A stretch of DNA of 64,000 nucleotides. Origin: Octopus sinensis (Eukaryota). Location: positions 125,178,001-125,242,000 of the forward strand of contig NC_043000.1 in the NCBI RefSeq assembly GCF_006345805.1, read 5' to 3'. This document shows positions 25,861 through 39,325 of the stretch, one piece after another (positions within the stretch are counted from its first letter, which is position 1; each line of letters starts with the position of its first letter). A program made the position numbers and the translations under genes. Below the pieces are notes generated by a model, which worked only from the letters and a program-made list of their open reading frames with translations, made no database searches and was not told where the DNA came from.

Positions 25861-26647
25861 AAAAGGTTTAAGTGATTGACAGTATCAGACTCCATCCCTG
25901 AATGAAAAATTAGTCCACTGTGGGGTTAAATTCCATCTCAGGTGATGCAACAGAGCACATTTTTAAATGAGCAGACTGTGGCATCACGAAATGCAATGCA
26001 TCACTCAAGGAAATAATGCACTACCTGGTACAAGAATGGAACCTATGATTTTATGATCATTAGCCCAACACCCTAACCACTTGTCTAATAACTACCTTGT
26101 AATTTGAGCTAAACAGTCACTCAATCTGTAAAAAAATTAGCGACCAATTCTCTTGGAGATCCCATTTTACTGTCTTATTATCATCATCCAGTGTTTTAAA
26201 TCCTGGTTTTGTTCCTGTTTACAGGGATGGCTGGCTCTACCTCAATGCCATAGCAACTGAGGTAGGTAGGTGTAGCTGATCCCAACCTTTGGGCTGGCTG
26301 GTACCCATTCTCCTTTGCTATCATGAGGCTTTTTTGGAGCTGGATTTTCTATGGAGAGAATGCCCTTGCTTACCCCCAACCTCAGTTTCTAGACATGATT
26401 AGTCCCAAGACCAAGGCATCTATCAGGATTTTTAAGAAATATGGTGGAAAACTAGCTCAGATAAGTAGGGATGCTACTCCCTGAGACCCCTTTCAGAGTC
26501 CTATACCTTAGCTTTTACATTCAGCTTACTCTGTCAAATATAATGCTTGTATATTCACATTGTTTTGAGTTAATCAAGCATTATCTTATAACTTCCAGAT
26601 TTCAATGATGTCATTGTTTATTTTTAGAATGACATTGTTGAGTAGGT

Positions 26648-26959
26648 GGAGGTGCAATGGCCCAGTGGTTAGGACAGCGGACTTGCTGTCGGAGGATCGT
26701 GGTTTCGATTCCCAGACTGGGCGTTGTGTGTGTTTATTGAGCGAAAATACCTAAAGCTCCATGAGGCTCAGGCAGGGGGTGGTGGCAACCCCTGTTGTAC
26801 TCTTTCACCCCAACTTTCTCTCATTCTCTCTTCCTGTTTCTTGAGTAACATTGTGATGGATTGGTGTACCGTCCAGCTGGGGGGAACACATACGCCACAG
26901 AAACCAGGAAACCGGGCCCATGAGCCTGGCTAGGCTTGAAAAGGGTACATAAATAAAAA
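26648..26959 (+). mobile_element. tRNA-derived SINE family C
   Basis: ggaggtgcaatggcccagtggttagg (A box)...ggtttcgattccc (B box); block tgtgatggattggtgtaccgtccag recalls the V-SINE domain (from memory); further copy at 48302-48560. Confidence 0.85.
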
Positions 26960-27517
26960 TTGTTGGGTAGGTATGAGAAGCAAGATCTGGCCAATTTGAA
27001 TATAAAACAGGTAAAACTATTCAGGCCAGATATGGTTGTTTTAAATGCTAAAGAATTAAAGTAAGAAGGACACATGGAGTAATCCAGTCCCAACTACACA
27101 AAAAGGATAGGATGATCACAATTAAAATGTTTTGACCATGGGTCTGCTCAAATAAATCTGACTGCAACCACAACAACACCAATGACTACAAAGCAACCAT
27201 GTAATTTTGATATTTCTAATCTCATTTAAAACCTTCAAAATTCATGCAAATTTATGTAAATTCATGTAAATTCATGTAAATTCAAATATTTGTCAACAGA
27301 AAAATATACAATTTTCCTCATCATCCCACTCTCTTATATACATAGGATAAATACAGCTAAACTAATATCATTTTATGTGTGTTCCTTAAGCATAATAATC
27401 TATATCAAATTAGACATTTATTACTTTTCTAATTAGCTGAGATAATTAGAACCCTACATTTTCACAAAATATTCAATTATCTATGGCTTAAGACCTTTTA
27501 ACGAATATACACTACTA

Positions 27518-27574
<57 letters not shown>

Positions 27575-27960
27575 CATACTTACATACATATATTATACAT
27601 ATATATATATACACATACATGTGCATATATGTATGTATGCATGCGTGCATATATGCATGCATGTATGTATGTATGTATGTGTATGTATGTATGTATGTAT
27701 GTATGTATGTATGTATGTATGTATGCATGAATGTATGTATGTATGTATATGAACATACATTTGAATACACATGCATACATATCTAAACATTTATAACTGT
27801 GCGTTAGTAAATTGGATTAATTCTTCAGAACTCAAAATTTTTGTGTGACAAATTTCCTTTTGGCATGTGGTGAACCAATCTACGAGTAAAAAAAAATCAT
27901 ATAAGACACTCATATTCCTAACAATATCTATATCAAGCTCTTGAAAATACAACCAACTAT

Positions 27961-28277
27961 GTCATCATCATCATTTAACGTCCATTTTCCATGCTGGCAT
28001 GGGTTGGACTGTTCGACTGGGGTCTGGGAAGCCAGGAGGTTGCACCAGGCCCCAATCTGATCTGACAGTGTTTCTACAGCTGGATGTCCCTCCTAATGCC
28101 AACCACTCCTAGAGTGTGTGTATATATATATATATATGGCATTAGGAAGGGCATCTAGCTGTAGAAACACTGCCAGATCTGACTGGCCTGGTGCAGCCTT
28201 CGGGCTTCCCAGACCCCAGTTGAACTGTCCAACCCATGCTAGCATGGAAAGCAGACATTAAACGATGATGATGATGA
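27961..28277. mobile_element. Two RTE 3' ends back-to-back in inverted orientation
   Basis: 27961-28116 (minus) and 28138-28277 (plus) separated by ~20 bp TG/TA. Confidence 0.8.
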
Positions 28278-28449
28278 CATATATATATATATATATAGTA
28301 GTAATAATAACAGAAAGGAGGAATTTCGATTATCCCCATGTGGTGAGTTGTAATTTATTAAAGGAAAAAGAAAAAGGAATTAAACTGGTCGATATGTTAA
28401 AAATTATATTAAAACTATGTAATTGTGCATATTTTCCTTTTTAATTTCT

Positions 28450-28480
<31 letters not shown>

Positions 28481-28598
28481 GTGTGTGTATATGTTATGCT
28501 AAGAAGTGTTGCACAGTACTAGAATTTTTGACTCTAGTCAAATATAACAAAATGCACCAAAGTGTTGTTAGAGTATCTGCAGAATTTGAGTCAAGACT

Positions 28599-28814
28599 AA
28601 GGTGACGAGCTGGAGGAAATATTAGCACATCGGGCAGAATGCTTAGCGGTATTTCAACTGCCATTACATTCTGAGTTCAAATTCCGCCGAGGTCAACTTT
28701 GCCTTTCATTCTTTCGGGGTCGATAAATTAAGTACCAATTGTGTACTGGGGTCGATCTAATCGACTGGACCCCTCCCCAAAAACATCGGGCCTTGTGCCT
28801 AGAGTAGAAAAGAA
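28599..28814 (+). mobile_element. SINE family B, full length
   Basis: aaggtgacgagctgg...gagttcaaattcc...tttcggggtcgataaattaagtacc...tgcctagagtagaaaagaa. Confidence 0.85.
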
Positions 28815-28892
28815 ATTGAGTCAAGACTGGTTAGTTTGTGCGGGTATTGAGTCAAATCAAAGCAAATAGTGAATTTTGAAATTATTTAATAA

Positions 28893-29735
28893 TGACACCT
28901 GTGCAGGTGGGCACATAAAAGCACCTGTTACACTCTTGGGTGTTTAGCATTAGGAAGAGCATCCAGCCATAGAAAAACCATGCCAAATCAGACTGGAGTC
29001 TGGTCCAGCCTTTCAGCTTACCAGCTCTGGTCAAACCATACAACTCATGCCAGCATGGATAATGGACGTTAAATGATGATGATGATTTCAGGTTTATGTA
29101 ATACATAATAGGAAGGTCAATGCCAGTGTCACATAACTGGCACACCATGCTGGTGGCATGTAAAATGCACTCTTCAAATGTTGAGCGATATGCCATGTTC
29201 TCATCAAGGCAAGTGAAATTGTAGTCATAGCCAACACCAGTGTTGTGTAACTGGCACTTGTTCCAGTGGCACGTAAGGAGCACCTTTTGAATGTTGGGTC
29301 TTATGGAAGCAATGACAAGTGACCGAGGCCTTTGGCGATATTCCATGCTTGAGATGACCTGTCAAGTCAAGTGAGATTGTAGTCATAGCTGATGCTGGTG
29401 GTATGTAACTGGTACCCATGCCGATGGCATGTAAAATGCACCCACTACACTCATGGAGTGATTGACGTAGAGGGAGGGCATCCAGCTACAGAAGACATGC
29501 CAAGTCAGATTCGAACCTGGTGCAGCTCCTCAGCTTATCAGTTTCCTGTCAAACTATCCAACCCATACCAGCATGGAAAACGGACGTCAAATAATGATGA
29601 TGATAATGACAATGATGATAATGATGATGATGATGATGATGATGGTGGTGGTCGTGGTCGTGGTCGTGGTCGTGGTTGTGATGATGATGATGATGATGAA
29701 GAGGATGTTGATGATGATGATGATAATGATGATGC
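28893..29735 (+). mobile_element. Cluster of RTE 3' fragments with (GAT)n tails
   Basis: Two successive 3' ends (~28893-29087 and ~29115-29600) plus an expanded GAT/GGT tail. Confidence 0.7.
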
Positions 29736-30577
29736 ATCCAAAGAAGGTTTATGCAATGGATGCTTTTCTTATCATATAGTACACAAACCTGAAATAAATA
29801 TATTAGATGATTTCAAAATATTATTATTTGGTTTGACTTCATTATTACAACTATATATTGCTACAGAAGTGATCACACTGACCTCAGTACGTATTTCAGT
29901 TTGGCATTTATTTTATAGCTTTCTGCTTGATGAACTTTGAGACATAGTGGGACACGATACTCGATTTAACAACAAATGTAAACACACACACACACACACA
30001 CACATTAGGTGCAAGAATGATTGTGTGGTTGAGAAGTTTGCTTCTCAACCACATGGCTCCACATTCAGTCCCTCTGCATGGTACCTTAACCAAGTGTTTC
30101 TTACTATAGCCCTAGGACAACCACAGACTTGTGACTGAATTTGGTAGACACAAACTGCAGAAAATGACCAAACAACATGTTTATGAAGAAGAGTTGTTTG
30201 CTTCATACTCTTCATGTGCCGATTCTGACCATAAGAAAGGAACAAATAATACAAAGCATCTGTAGGTCATAACACCTTGGCAACGCCGGGGTGCATTGCT
30301 AGTATAATATATTCACATTATATTTATATATGTGTCTGTATATACATACATACACACATATATATGTGTGTGTGTGTATATGTATATCATGTGATTCACC
30401 AGACTATCAGACATCGTTATACATCACTGGTCACAAAGTACTTTGCATCATTTTAGCTTTTGAATTATGTCACCCTGCAAGCATGTGCACACATACACAT
30501 ACAAAAATCATATACATATATATATGTATATATTATATGTATGTATGCATGTGTATATTCATACATATATGTGCATG

Positions 30578-30610
<33 letters not shown>

Positions 30611-30799
30611 TTGTGTGTGAGTGTGTTTGTGTGTGAGTATAAGTATGCATATATACATTGTCAGTGGCTTCTCCTCATGTCTATTTGACAAAATTTTCCT
30701 TCCTTTCTTGTCTTATTATTTATGTTAATATTTCCAAAAACTAACAAGTCCCATATTTGCATGCAATGCGTCACCACCCCTGTCATATTTGATAGACAG

Positions 30800-31520
30800 A
30801 GTTGGGAGTGGCTGAAGTCAAATGAATCTTTCATCTTTTGTCACTGGTCATCTTCTTCATTTCTGTGATGTTAGTTTTTTCAAACAGTTCTGCAGTAGAC
30901 AAGATGGCATGATGCCAATTTTTTTTTTTTTTTTTTTTCTTTTTGATTTACTGCAGGTTGTCAGGTTGATACTGGTCTTTGTAGTTTAATTTGATCTTTG
31001 AAATGTTGCAGATGACATAATCAGGGTCATTTTCCTGGTGCTGAGTTGATTGACCTGGATCAGGCAGATAAGTCTGATATCAATCATACAGCATACATGG
31101 CCTGTCCATCTGAGCTTATATCTGACGATACTAAGTTCAATACAGTTGACTCTGGCATGTTTTAGAACCATAATAATGGCAATGTAGTCTTCGAATTTTA
31201 TATTCATGTTATGTCTTGTTTGTATAGTCTGGACATGACAGGTTGTTACCTACATGAATTATATCTGTTATTTTAAGTTTTTGTTTCGGAAGGCGAGATA
31301 AAATAATCTTCCAAAAATAATATGGCCAGCATCATTCCTGTTTCTTACATCTTTCTTATAGATGCATAGCATTAATAATTGACACCTTGAGTAGAGGAAG
31401 TTATCTACCAATTCCAGAGAGGTGTTTCAGGTGGTAATGTCAAGATCTGGAAACAGGTTCTTCAAACATATTGCTTTTCTGAATGCTGATCATCTGATCA
31501 AAATGGCATTATGGTTTCTG
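30800..31520 (-). pseudogene. Highly degraded RTE/BovB-like RT remnant
   Basis: KLRWTGHVCCMIDIRL matches the LRWxGHVxRMxDxRLP motif. Confidence 0.55.
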
Positions 31521-31622
31521 GAAGTTGTTAACTGACTGTTTTAACTGTTAACAGAACAGTTACCATATGTTAGCATAAAAGTCAATAAACAGCACTATAC
31601 TGTGAATATATATATATATATA

Positions 31623-31744
31623 CTTTATTAAAAGCAGCAGAAATATCATAAAAGCACTTACTCAGAGTTTCATTTGTTGAATGAACGGGAACATGAAACT
31701 CTGAGTAACAGTTTTTGTAATATTTCTGTTGCTTTTAATAAAGC
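31623..31744. repeat. Foldback next to a TA tract with partial hammerhead-like half (GAAA ctc t gag TA)
   Basis: ctttattaaaagcagcagaaatat...ttactcagagtttcat / atgaaactctgagtaa...atatttctgttgcttttaataaag; related sequence at 61520-61590. Confidence 0.65.
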
Positions 31745-31814
31745 ATATTACTCTACCTCTTGTATTTGAGTACTCTTTTTTCCACTTTGCTTCACATTTA
31801 TGTGCTTACTCCAG

Positions 31815-31842
<28 letters not shown>

Positions 31843-31845
<3 letters not shown>

Positions 31846-32320
31846 TCATCATCATCATCATCATTTAGCGTCCGTTCTCCATGCTAGCATGGGTTGGACG
31901 GTTCAACTGGGGTCTGTGAAGCTGGAAGGCTTCATCAGGCCCAGTCAGATCTGGCAGTGTTTCTACGGCTGGATGCCCTTCCTAACGCCAACCACTCCGT
32001 GAGTGTAGTGGGTGCTTTTTACGTGCCACCTGCACAGGTGCCAGACAGAGCTGGCAAACGGCCACGAACGGATGGTGCTTTTACGTGTCACCGGCACGGG
32101 GCCAGGCGAGGCTGGCAACGGACACGAACGGATGGTGCTTTTACGTGCCACCAAAACGGGGGCCAGACAGAGCTGGCAAACGGCCACGAACGGATGGTGC
32201 TTTTACGTGTCACCGGCACGGGGGCCAGGCGAGGCTGGCAACGGCATGAACGGATGGTGCTTTTACATGCCACCGACATGGGGGCCAGACAGGGCTGGCA
32301 AACGGCCACGAACGGAGCAA
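31843..32320 (-). mobile_element. RTE 3' UTR with ~60-bp minisatellite, young subfamily
   Basis: Very similar to 16800-17242 in opposite orientation. Confidence 0.9.
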
Positions 32321-32763
32321 TGATGGTTGTCGATTCCTTATGCAGAGTTTGAGCACCTCCTGTACCTACACCTTAGAACCATCACGGCAGCTGATGTGGC
32401 TTTTAACTCTGATAATGTTTTGAAAAGAAAACAACATAGATTGCATATTTGATTTGGACCACCAAGAGCTGCAGTTAAGTTCTGATATTTGTGGATCTTA
32501 AAATGTCTTTCGAGGCTTCCATTATATATATACTGTGTTAAATAAATCTGTGTGGAAAGAGGTTGTTCTTTCCTAAGGATATTTATCTAAGCATACACTA
32601 GTTTAGCACCACATCAATTAACGATATTGGGAATTCCACATGTGCCTATATACTAGTGCTTGTCAATGGTTCTTCCCCGATAATTAGTACCTTACACTCT
32701 TAGAGTCCCAGTTGTGGTTATAGATGTTTTCATCCATTCAATATAGGAGAAAAATTTCAAAAA

Positions 32764-33745
32764 TGCAAAGAAAATGGAGAAAGTGTACACAGAATAATCA
32801 GTATATTTATTATAATGATAGACAATTCATGTAGCCTACATTGTTTCGGTTTTAATTACTTAAATCCATATTTATGCAATTAATTTGCAGTATGAATTTG
32901 AAAAAGCAAAAAACATTTGTCAGGGCAAATGTTTCTTTCCAACTGAATTGTAACCTGTGTGTCTTGGATTCCATTCTAAAAATAGCTAGAGGCTGATTTT
33001 GACCTGACTGGACAAGGGACAGGTATAGTTCAGAAGAACTAAGTCAAGTTACTATTCACCCTTTTTAGTGGTGCAAACCAGCTTTTTCAAGTTGGTCATT
33101 TATCATCATCTCTATTCAGTGTATCTGTATAGGTTTATAGACCTCCCTTTACTATTTATACAATCTATCATGTTCACAATATATTTATAAGTTCCTTTTA
33201 TTGGTAAAACATAAATCTAGGTATGAACTTATTTGCTACCTTTTTGCTTATTTATTTTTTGTTTGTAAATATTGCATGAAGCTATATTAGTTGTTACTAA
33301 TATAAATTATTTATATAGATATATTACTTAGTAGCTTGGACTCTTATACTTGTCTATAGATGATTCTTATTTGTAATGTACGTAGCCTCTAGCTATTTTT
33401 AGAACAGAATCTGTCTATTTGACTAATGATATAGATGATTCTTATTTATAATGAACATAGCCTCTAGCTATTTTTAGAACAGAATCCAAGACACGGGATA
33501 CAATTCAACTGGAATGAACTCTCCCTCTGTTAGGATGTATGAAAAAATAACGGTCAATTTTTACCTTGATAAACTTTTGCTCTGATGAAGGTTTTTTGCT
33601 TCATTAAATTCACAACACAAATTAATTGCACTAATATGGATTTAAGTAATTAAAACTGAAACACATGAAGGCAACATAAATTGGCTATTATTGCAATAAA
33701 TATATTGATTATTCTGTGTATACTTTCTCCATTTTCTTCGCATTA
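32764..33745. mobile_element. Old ~1-kb element with inverted arms and hammerhead motif (33577-33674, + strand)
   Basis: 32764-32995 is a diverged reverse complement of 33460-33745; ttgct CTGATGA aggtttt...aaaact GAAA cacatg aa ggcaa; left arm keeps ccGAAAcaatgTAggc. Confidence 0.65.
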
Positions 33746-33913
33746 TATATGTATATGTGTGTGTGGGTGTGTGCACACATGTGTGTGTGTATATATATGT
33801 GTGTGTATGTATGTATGTATGTATGTATGTATTTATGTATGTATGTATGTATGTACGTATGTATATATATATATATATATACACACACACATATATATAC
33901 ATATATACACATA

Positions 33914-35450
33914 TCATCATCACCATCATCGTTTAACATCTATTTTCCATGCTTGCATGGGTTGGACGGTTTGACTGGGGTCTGGGAAGCCAGGAGGCTG
34001 CACCAGGCTCCAGTCTGATCTGGCAGTGTTTCCACAGCTAGATGCCCTTCCTAACACCAACCACTCCCAGAGTGCAGTGGGTGCTTTTCTTACACACCAC
34101 CGGCACAGGAGCCAGAGGGGGCTGGCATCGACCATGATGAGATGGTGCTTTTTCATGTGCCTCCGGCATGGAAGCCAGTCAAGGCGGCACTGGCATCGAC
34201 CACATTCAGATGGTGCTTTTTATGTGCCACCAGCACAGGGATCGCAACTGCCATTTCCATTTGATTTTGATGTACTTAACTCAATAGGTTTTCTCAAGCA
34301 TGGCATGTCGCCCTATGATCCAAAAGGTACTTTTGAGTGGGCTGGTTATGTGACACTGATGTAGATTACAGCTGTGAGCTCACTTTATTTGCTGGGTCTT
34401 CTCAGTAACAGCATATCTCCAGATGTCTCAGCTTTTTGTCATTGCCTCTGTGAGGCCCAATGTTCAAATGGCATGCTTCACCACCTCATCCCATGTCTTC
34501 CTGGGTCTCTCTCTAGCACGGTTTGCTTCTACTGCTTTGGAGTGACATTTCTTCACACAGCTCTCCTCATCCATTCTTAGTACATGACCATACTAGTACA
34601 GACATCTTTCTTGCACACTACATCCAATGCTTCTTAAGTCTACCATTTCTCTCAGGGAGTTTACGCTCAGTCGTGTGTGCACACTGAGATTACACATCCA
34701 GCAGATCATGCTAGCTTCATTTTTTTTTACCCTACGCATGTCCCCCACAGTCATGGCCCATGTTTCACTGCAGTGAAGCATGGCATTTCACACACATGCA
34801 TCGTACAATCTACCTTTCACTTTAAGCGAGAGGCCCTTTGTCACTAGTAGGGATAGAAGCTTTCTAAACTTGGCCCTGGCTATTCTTATTCTAGTGGTAA
34901 TACTCTCTGAGTGTCCACCCCCACTACAGACTTGGTCACCTAGGTAGTGGAAACTATCGACTACTTCTAGTTTCTCCCCTGGCATGTGATGGAATCTGTT
35001 TTCTGAGCATCTGTGGTGTTTATTGCCTCTGTGCATCTGCTATACATGAAAGCTATCTTCCCGGTTAACCTTCCTTTGATGTTGCTGCACCTCTTATGTG
35101 TCCATAGCTTACACTGGGTACAGCTTATGGAGTTTCTACCTACACTTTTTCTACAGATCGAGCAGGGCCATGTAGCTGAAGGGGTGTATGATGTGTTCAC
35201 CTTCCTACTTACTAGAACTTTGGTCTTTGCGACATTGACTATGAGGCCCTTCGATTCTAAACCTTGCTTCCACACCTGAAATTTCTTCTCTAGTTCTTGT
35301 AGAGATTCTGCTATGAGGGCCAGGTCATCAGCATAGAGGAGATCCCAGGCGTAACCTGTCTTGAATTCCTCTCTTATTGCCTGGAGGACTATGATGAATA
35401 AGAGGGGGTTGAGAACTGATCCTTGGTGGACCCCTACTTCTACCCAGAAT
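33914..35450 (-). mobile_element. 5'-truncated RTE-type LINE with RT C-half, PHD-like Cys cluster, 3' UTR and (GAT)n tail; frameshifted
   Basis: WDLLYADDLAL, GLIVNVAKTKVL, CSICRKSVGRNSISCTQCKLWTHKRC, LEVVDSFHYLG, KGRLYDACV, LHCSETWA. Confidence 0.92.
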
Positions 35451-35494
35451 TATTCACTATATACACATAGACAATATGTGACTGCATGTATATC

Positions 35495-35682
35495 ATGTTT
35501 TCTTTCTTTCTCCATCTTCCCTTCCTTGGATCTTTCCTCTTTCTATGTTTCTGATGAAGAGCTCTGCTCGAAACATCAAGTCCTCCTTCTTTCTTTCCTT
35601 TCCTGAGCATCCAATAATACTATACTTGTTCCACTTCCTCGCGTTGTTGTGTTTTCTCTTTGTTCATGTTTGGATTAACCAT
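35495..35682 (+). mobile_element. Short repeat with minimal hammerhead-like core
   Basis: CTGATGA a gagc tct gctc GAAAc at 35551-35574; 3' part recurs at 50755-50830; stem I not evident. Confidence 0.45.
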
Positions 35683-36114
35683 ACATATATATATATATAC
35701 ATATATACACACACACACATGCACATACACACTCACTCACACACACACACACGCACATATGTCATCATTGTTTAACATACATTGTTTATGTATGTATCAT
35801 ATCTATACCATATACATATATAATATACAATATTTGTGTGTGTGTGTGGTATATGTGGGGGGCATGTGTATGTATGAAATAATGTGCCACTTGTGCAAGT
35901 GTCAATGTCATGCAAGCAGTGTCCTTCATTTCCAATCTTCCATGAAAACATGTCTGGTCACAAGGAGTATTACCTTGCTTGAAAACAGATGAAGGTTGGT
36001 GACAGGAAGGACATCTGACTGCTAATCATTTGCCTAAACAAATTCTGTCCAACTGATGCAAGCATGGAAAAGTGGATATAAAATCAATGACGACGATAAC
36101 AACAATGATGATGA

Positions 36115-36146
<32 letters not shown>

Positions 36147-36184
36147 ATGATGATGATGATGATGATGATGACGACGACGATGAC

Positions 36185-36215
<31 letters not shown>

Positions 36216-37774
36216 GTATTTTCAGAGTATTTCCCTTAGGGTTTTATGCTGTTTGGTCATATGAGCATCAACGGAGTCTTTGTATAGACAACATAAATAT
36301 TTTTTCCCATTTTCATTCATCTGATAGAAACCTGAATGACTTTGCTTTGCTGAAGAGATCTAATAAGATTGAAATATGATCAAAGTTGTCCCTGCGTCTG
36401 TTAAAGATTTGTCGATAATTCCCCACCACTCACAGCATTACCTATTTCCATTACATTAATTCATTAAAAAATAAATTAATGGTTTTTGTGTTGTTCCTCT
36501 TGTCATTGTTTGGTTTAGTTAAACTCTTTCATCAATGTTTACCTCTGCTCAATACAACAATTGTCTCACTTAATTATGTTATTGTGCTTTTCACATTTAA
36601 TAAGATTAGCACTTCACTTTTAAAGTCAGTGCTAGATTGCTTTTATTGCTTGTATTTATTAAGGTTGGTATAGAAATGTATTATGAATGGATGAAAAGAG
36701 TGGGTTGTGTAGAAATGGGGGGGGTGTGAGTGGCGTGGGTGGAAGATTATTTATATTCTGGAGGAGACCAAAAGAAGTCTTGAGACAAAGTAGTTAAATT
36801 AGTCTTGAGGTTGAATAAAGGACCTCGTGGGACTGAGACACGGGGGGGGGGACTTTGTGTTATGAAGCTGACCAACCACTGCCAGCCTGGAAGAATATGA
36901 TAAGATGTTGTTATGCAGAGGATGACGACGACGACAACGACGATAACGACGATGATGATGGCAATGATGATGATGATGATGATGACAGTGGTGGTGATGA
37001 TGATGATGATGATGGCAATGACAATGTTGGTGACGAGAAGGTTTAGATAATGATGGTTATGGGCAAAGACAGCAACAATTACAAACAGACACGTACACAA
37101 CATACATATGGACATACACAGTGGGGGGAAAGAAAAGAAAATTTATGGAAAAACAGAGATCAAAGGAATGGCTGAAAGAGATCATAATGAAAACTAAATC
37201 ATCCTTAGATGTGAATCTCATTATAAAACTTTACCCAGATGTAAGATATTGCTGGTTTCGAGGAAATTTGAATGCTTTTCATATGATAAAGGTATTAAAC
37301 GTCAAAGCAAGTTTTTCAATTCATTTCTTCAATGCATTTTGGATCTAAACAGCATTTAGGAGACATCTCCATTCTATTTGCTTTCAGGACACTATTAATA
37401 TTTCCATCAAACTGACTTTATAAATTCAAAGAAGAAACATTTTCTGTGTTTGTAATTATATACAATTCTTACCCGACTGTTCCATCTTTGTCCGTTTCTT
37501 TTGTGTTATTCTTTCAAAGCAACAACTTTTGTGCATCGCAAGAATATTAATTAATTGTGACTTATTGATATTATAAGGTGTTTCCCATGGGGTAGGGTCA
37601 AAGATTAAGATTTCGTATAATTCCACCCCTCCACTCCCTATGGGCCGTTAATTAGTTGTTCATTAAATCTCGCTGTCATCATCATTAACATATCTCGTTA
37701 TTATGGCAGACTGGATTTCGACCAAAGATGTTATTGTTATCAATTAGACACTCTGAATAACGAACACCACGATT

Positions 37775-38465
37775 TGTGTGTGAGCGGGTATTTGTCTGTG
37801 TGTGTGTGTGTCTGTGTGTGTGTGTGTGCTTGTGTGTGTATGAGCATGCATGTGTGTGTGCGTGTGTGTGTGGATGTGTGTGCATGTATCTGTATCTGTG
37901 TATGGTGGTGGTGGTGGTGGTGTGTGTATATGTATCTGTGTATGTCTGTGTGTGTGTGTGTGCACGTGTGCGTGCATGTGTGTGTGTGTGTATGTGTGTG
38001 CATGTGTCTGTGTGTGTGTTTGTGTATGTATGTGTGTGTGCGTGTGTTTGTGTGTATGTGTGAGTGTGTGCATGAACACCTCGTAAGTAGGATAGACAGA
38101 GCTAGATAGAATGTAAGAGAAAGAATGAGTAAGAGTGAGAGTGAGACAGATAGGTAGAATAAAGTGTAAGATGGAGTGAGCAAGACAAAGTGAGACTTAG
38201 AGTGAGTGAGGGAAAGGTACAAAGAGAGAGAGACACTCATACAGAGTACACGAGAGAGAGAGAGAGAGAGAGAGAGAATTAGAGTGAAACTCAGAGAAAG
38301 AATGGGAGAGCATGAGAATAAAACTCAATGAGACTGACAAAATAGACAGACAGACAGACAATGTAAAAGAAAGAGAGAGAGAGAAAGAGTGAGAAAAAAT
38401 GAAAGTGTGACAGAGAGACAGACGGAGAAAGAGGAAGAGAGACAAAGAGAAAGAGAGAAAGAGAC
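37775..38465. repeat. Long degenerate (TG)n then (GA)n low-complexity tract
   Basis: Direct reading. Confidence 0.9.
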
Positions 38466-39035
38466 TGTTCTAGTTTTTCTCTCCCCTTTCAACAGTTCTC
38501 AAGTTAGATGGAAAATGAACAACAGGTTAGAAAGTAGACAGTCACCTGAGCAGTGACAACTTTTTGCTGCTTTTGACTGCTGCTGCACATTCCTCAAAAT
38601 ATATAAAAATAGGTGGAAATATTCAAATGTCTACAATGTTTTCTGGTTTTCTTTATTTCTAAGTGTTATTTGTCACTTCGCTGTGTTTTTAGTATAATTA
38701 CTTTAACTGACAGTTATTATTGTAGTGTAACAATTTGTTTACAACTGAAGTATATTTCAACCCTTTTGATGCCAATGTATCTGGGATCAACTCTGGTTCT
38801 ATGATACAAACTTGCAGTTTGAAGTAATCTAAAATTAAAATCTTCTGTTAAAATTTCACGTTCATTTATGTGAAAATGATTACTGCTATTTCACTAAATT
38901 ATTTATCACGTTCAAAATTATTTGAAGCAAAGGAAGTATGTTTTAACAGAAATATGGAAACAAAAGTGTTAAACAAATGTATTTATATATAATAATAATA
39001 ATAAATAATATGTGTGTGTGTGTGTGTGTGTGTGT

Positions 39036-39325
39036 ACCACAGATACTCAGAAAACAGATTCCATCACACTCCAGGGAGAGAAACTAGAAGTAGTTGATAG
39101 CTTCTGCTACCTAGGTGACCAAGGTAGTAGTGGGGGTGGATACTCAGAGAGTGTTAACACTAGAATAAGAATAGCCTGGGCAAAGTTTAGAAAGCTTCTA
39201 CCTCTACTGGTAACAAAGTGTCTCTTGCTCAGAGTGAAAGGTAGATTGTATGACGCATGTGTGCGAACTGTCGTGACTGTGAAGGACATGCATAGGCTCG
39301 AAAGAAATGAAGCTAGTATGATCCA
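39036..39325 (+). pseudogene. Internal fragment of the same RTE LINE family
   Basis: GEKLEVVDSFCYLGD...RIRIAWAKFRKLLPLLVTK...KGRLYDACVR. Confidence 0.88.

Noticed and set aside
26648-26720. tRNA-like sequence
   Set aside because: Head of a SINE; continues into the repeat body and lacks a full cloverleaf
31990-32320. CRISPR-like repeat/spacer appearance of the ~60-bp units (also 16.8 and 60.8 kb)
   Set aside because: The apparent spacers are homologous to each other, the units lie in a LINE 3' UTR, there are no cas genes and the context is eukaryotic
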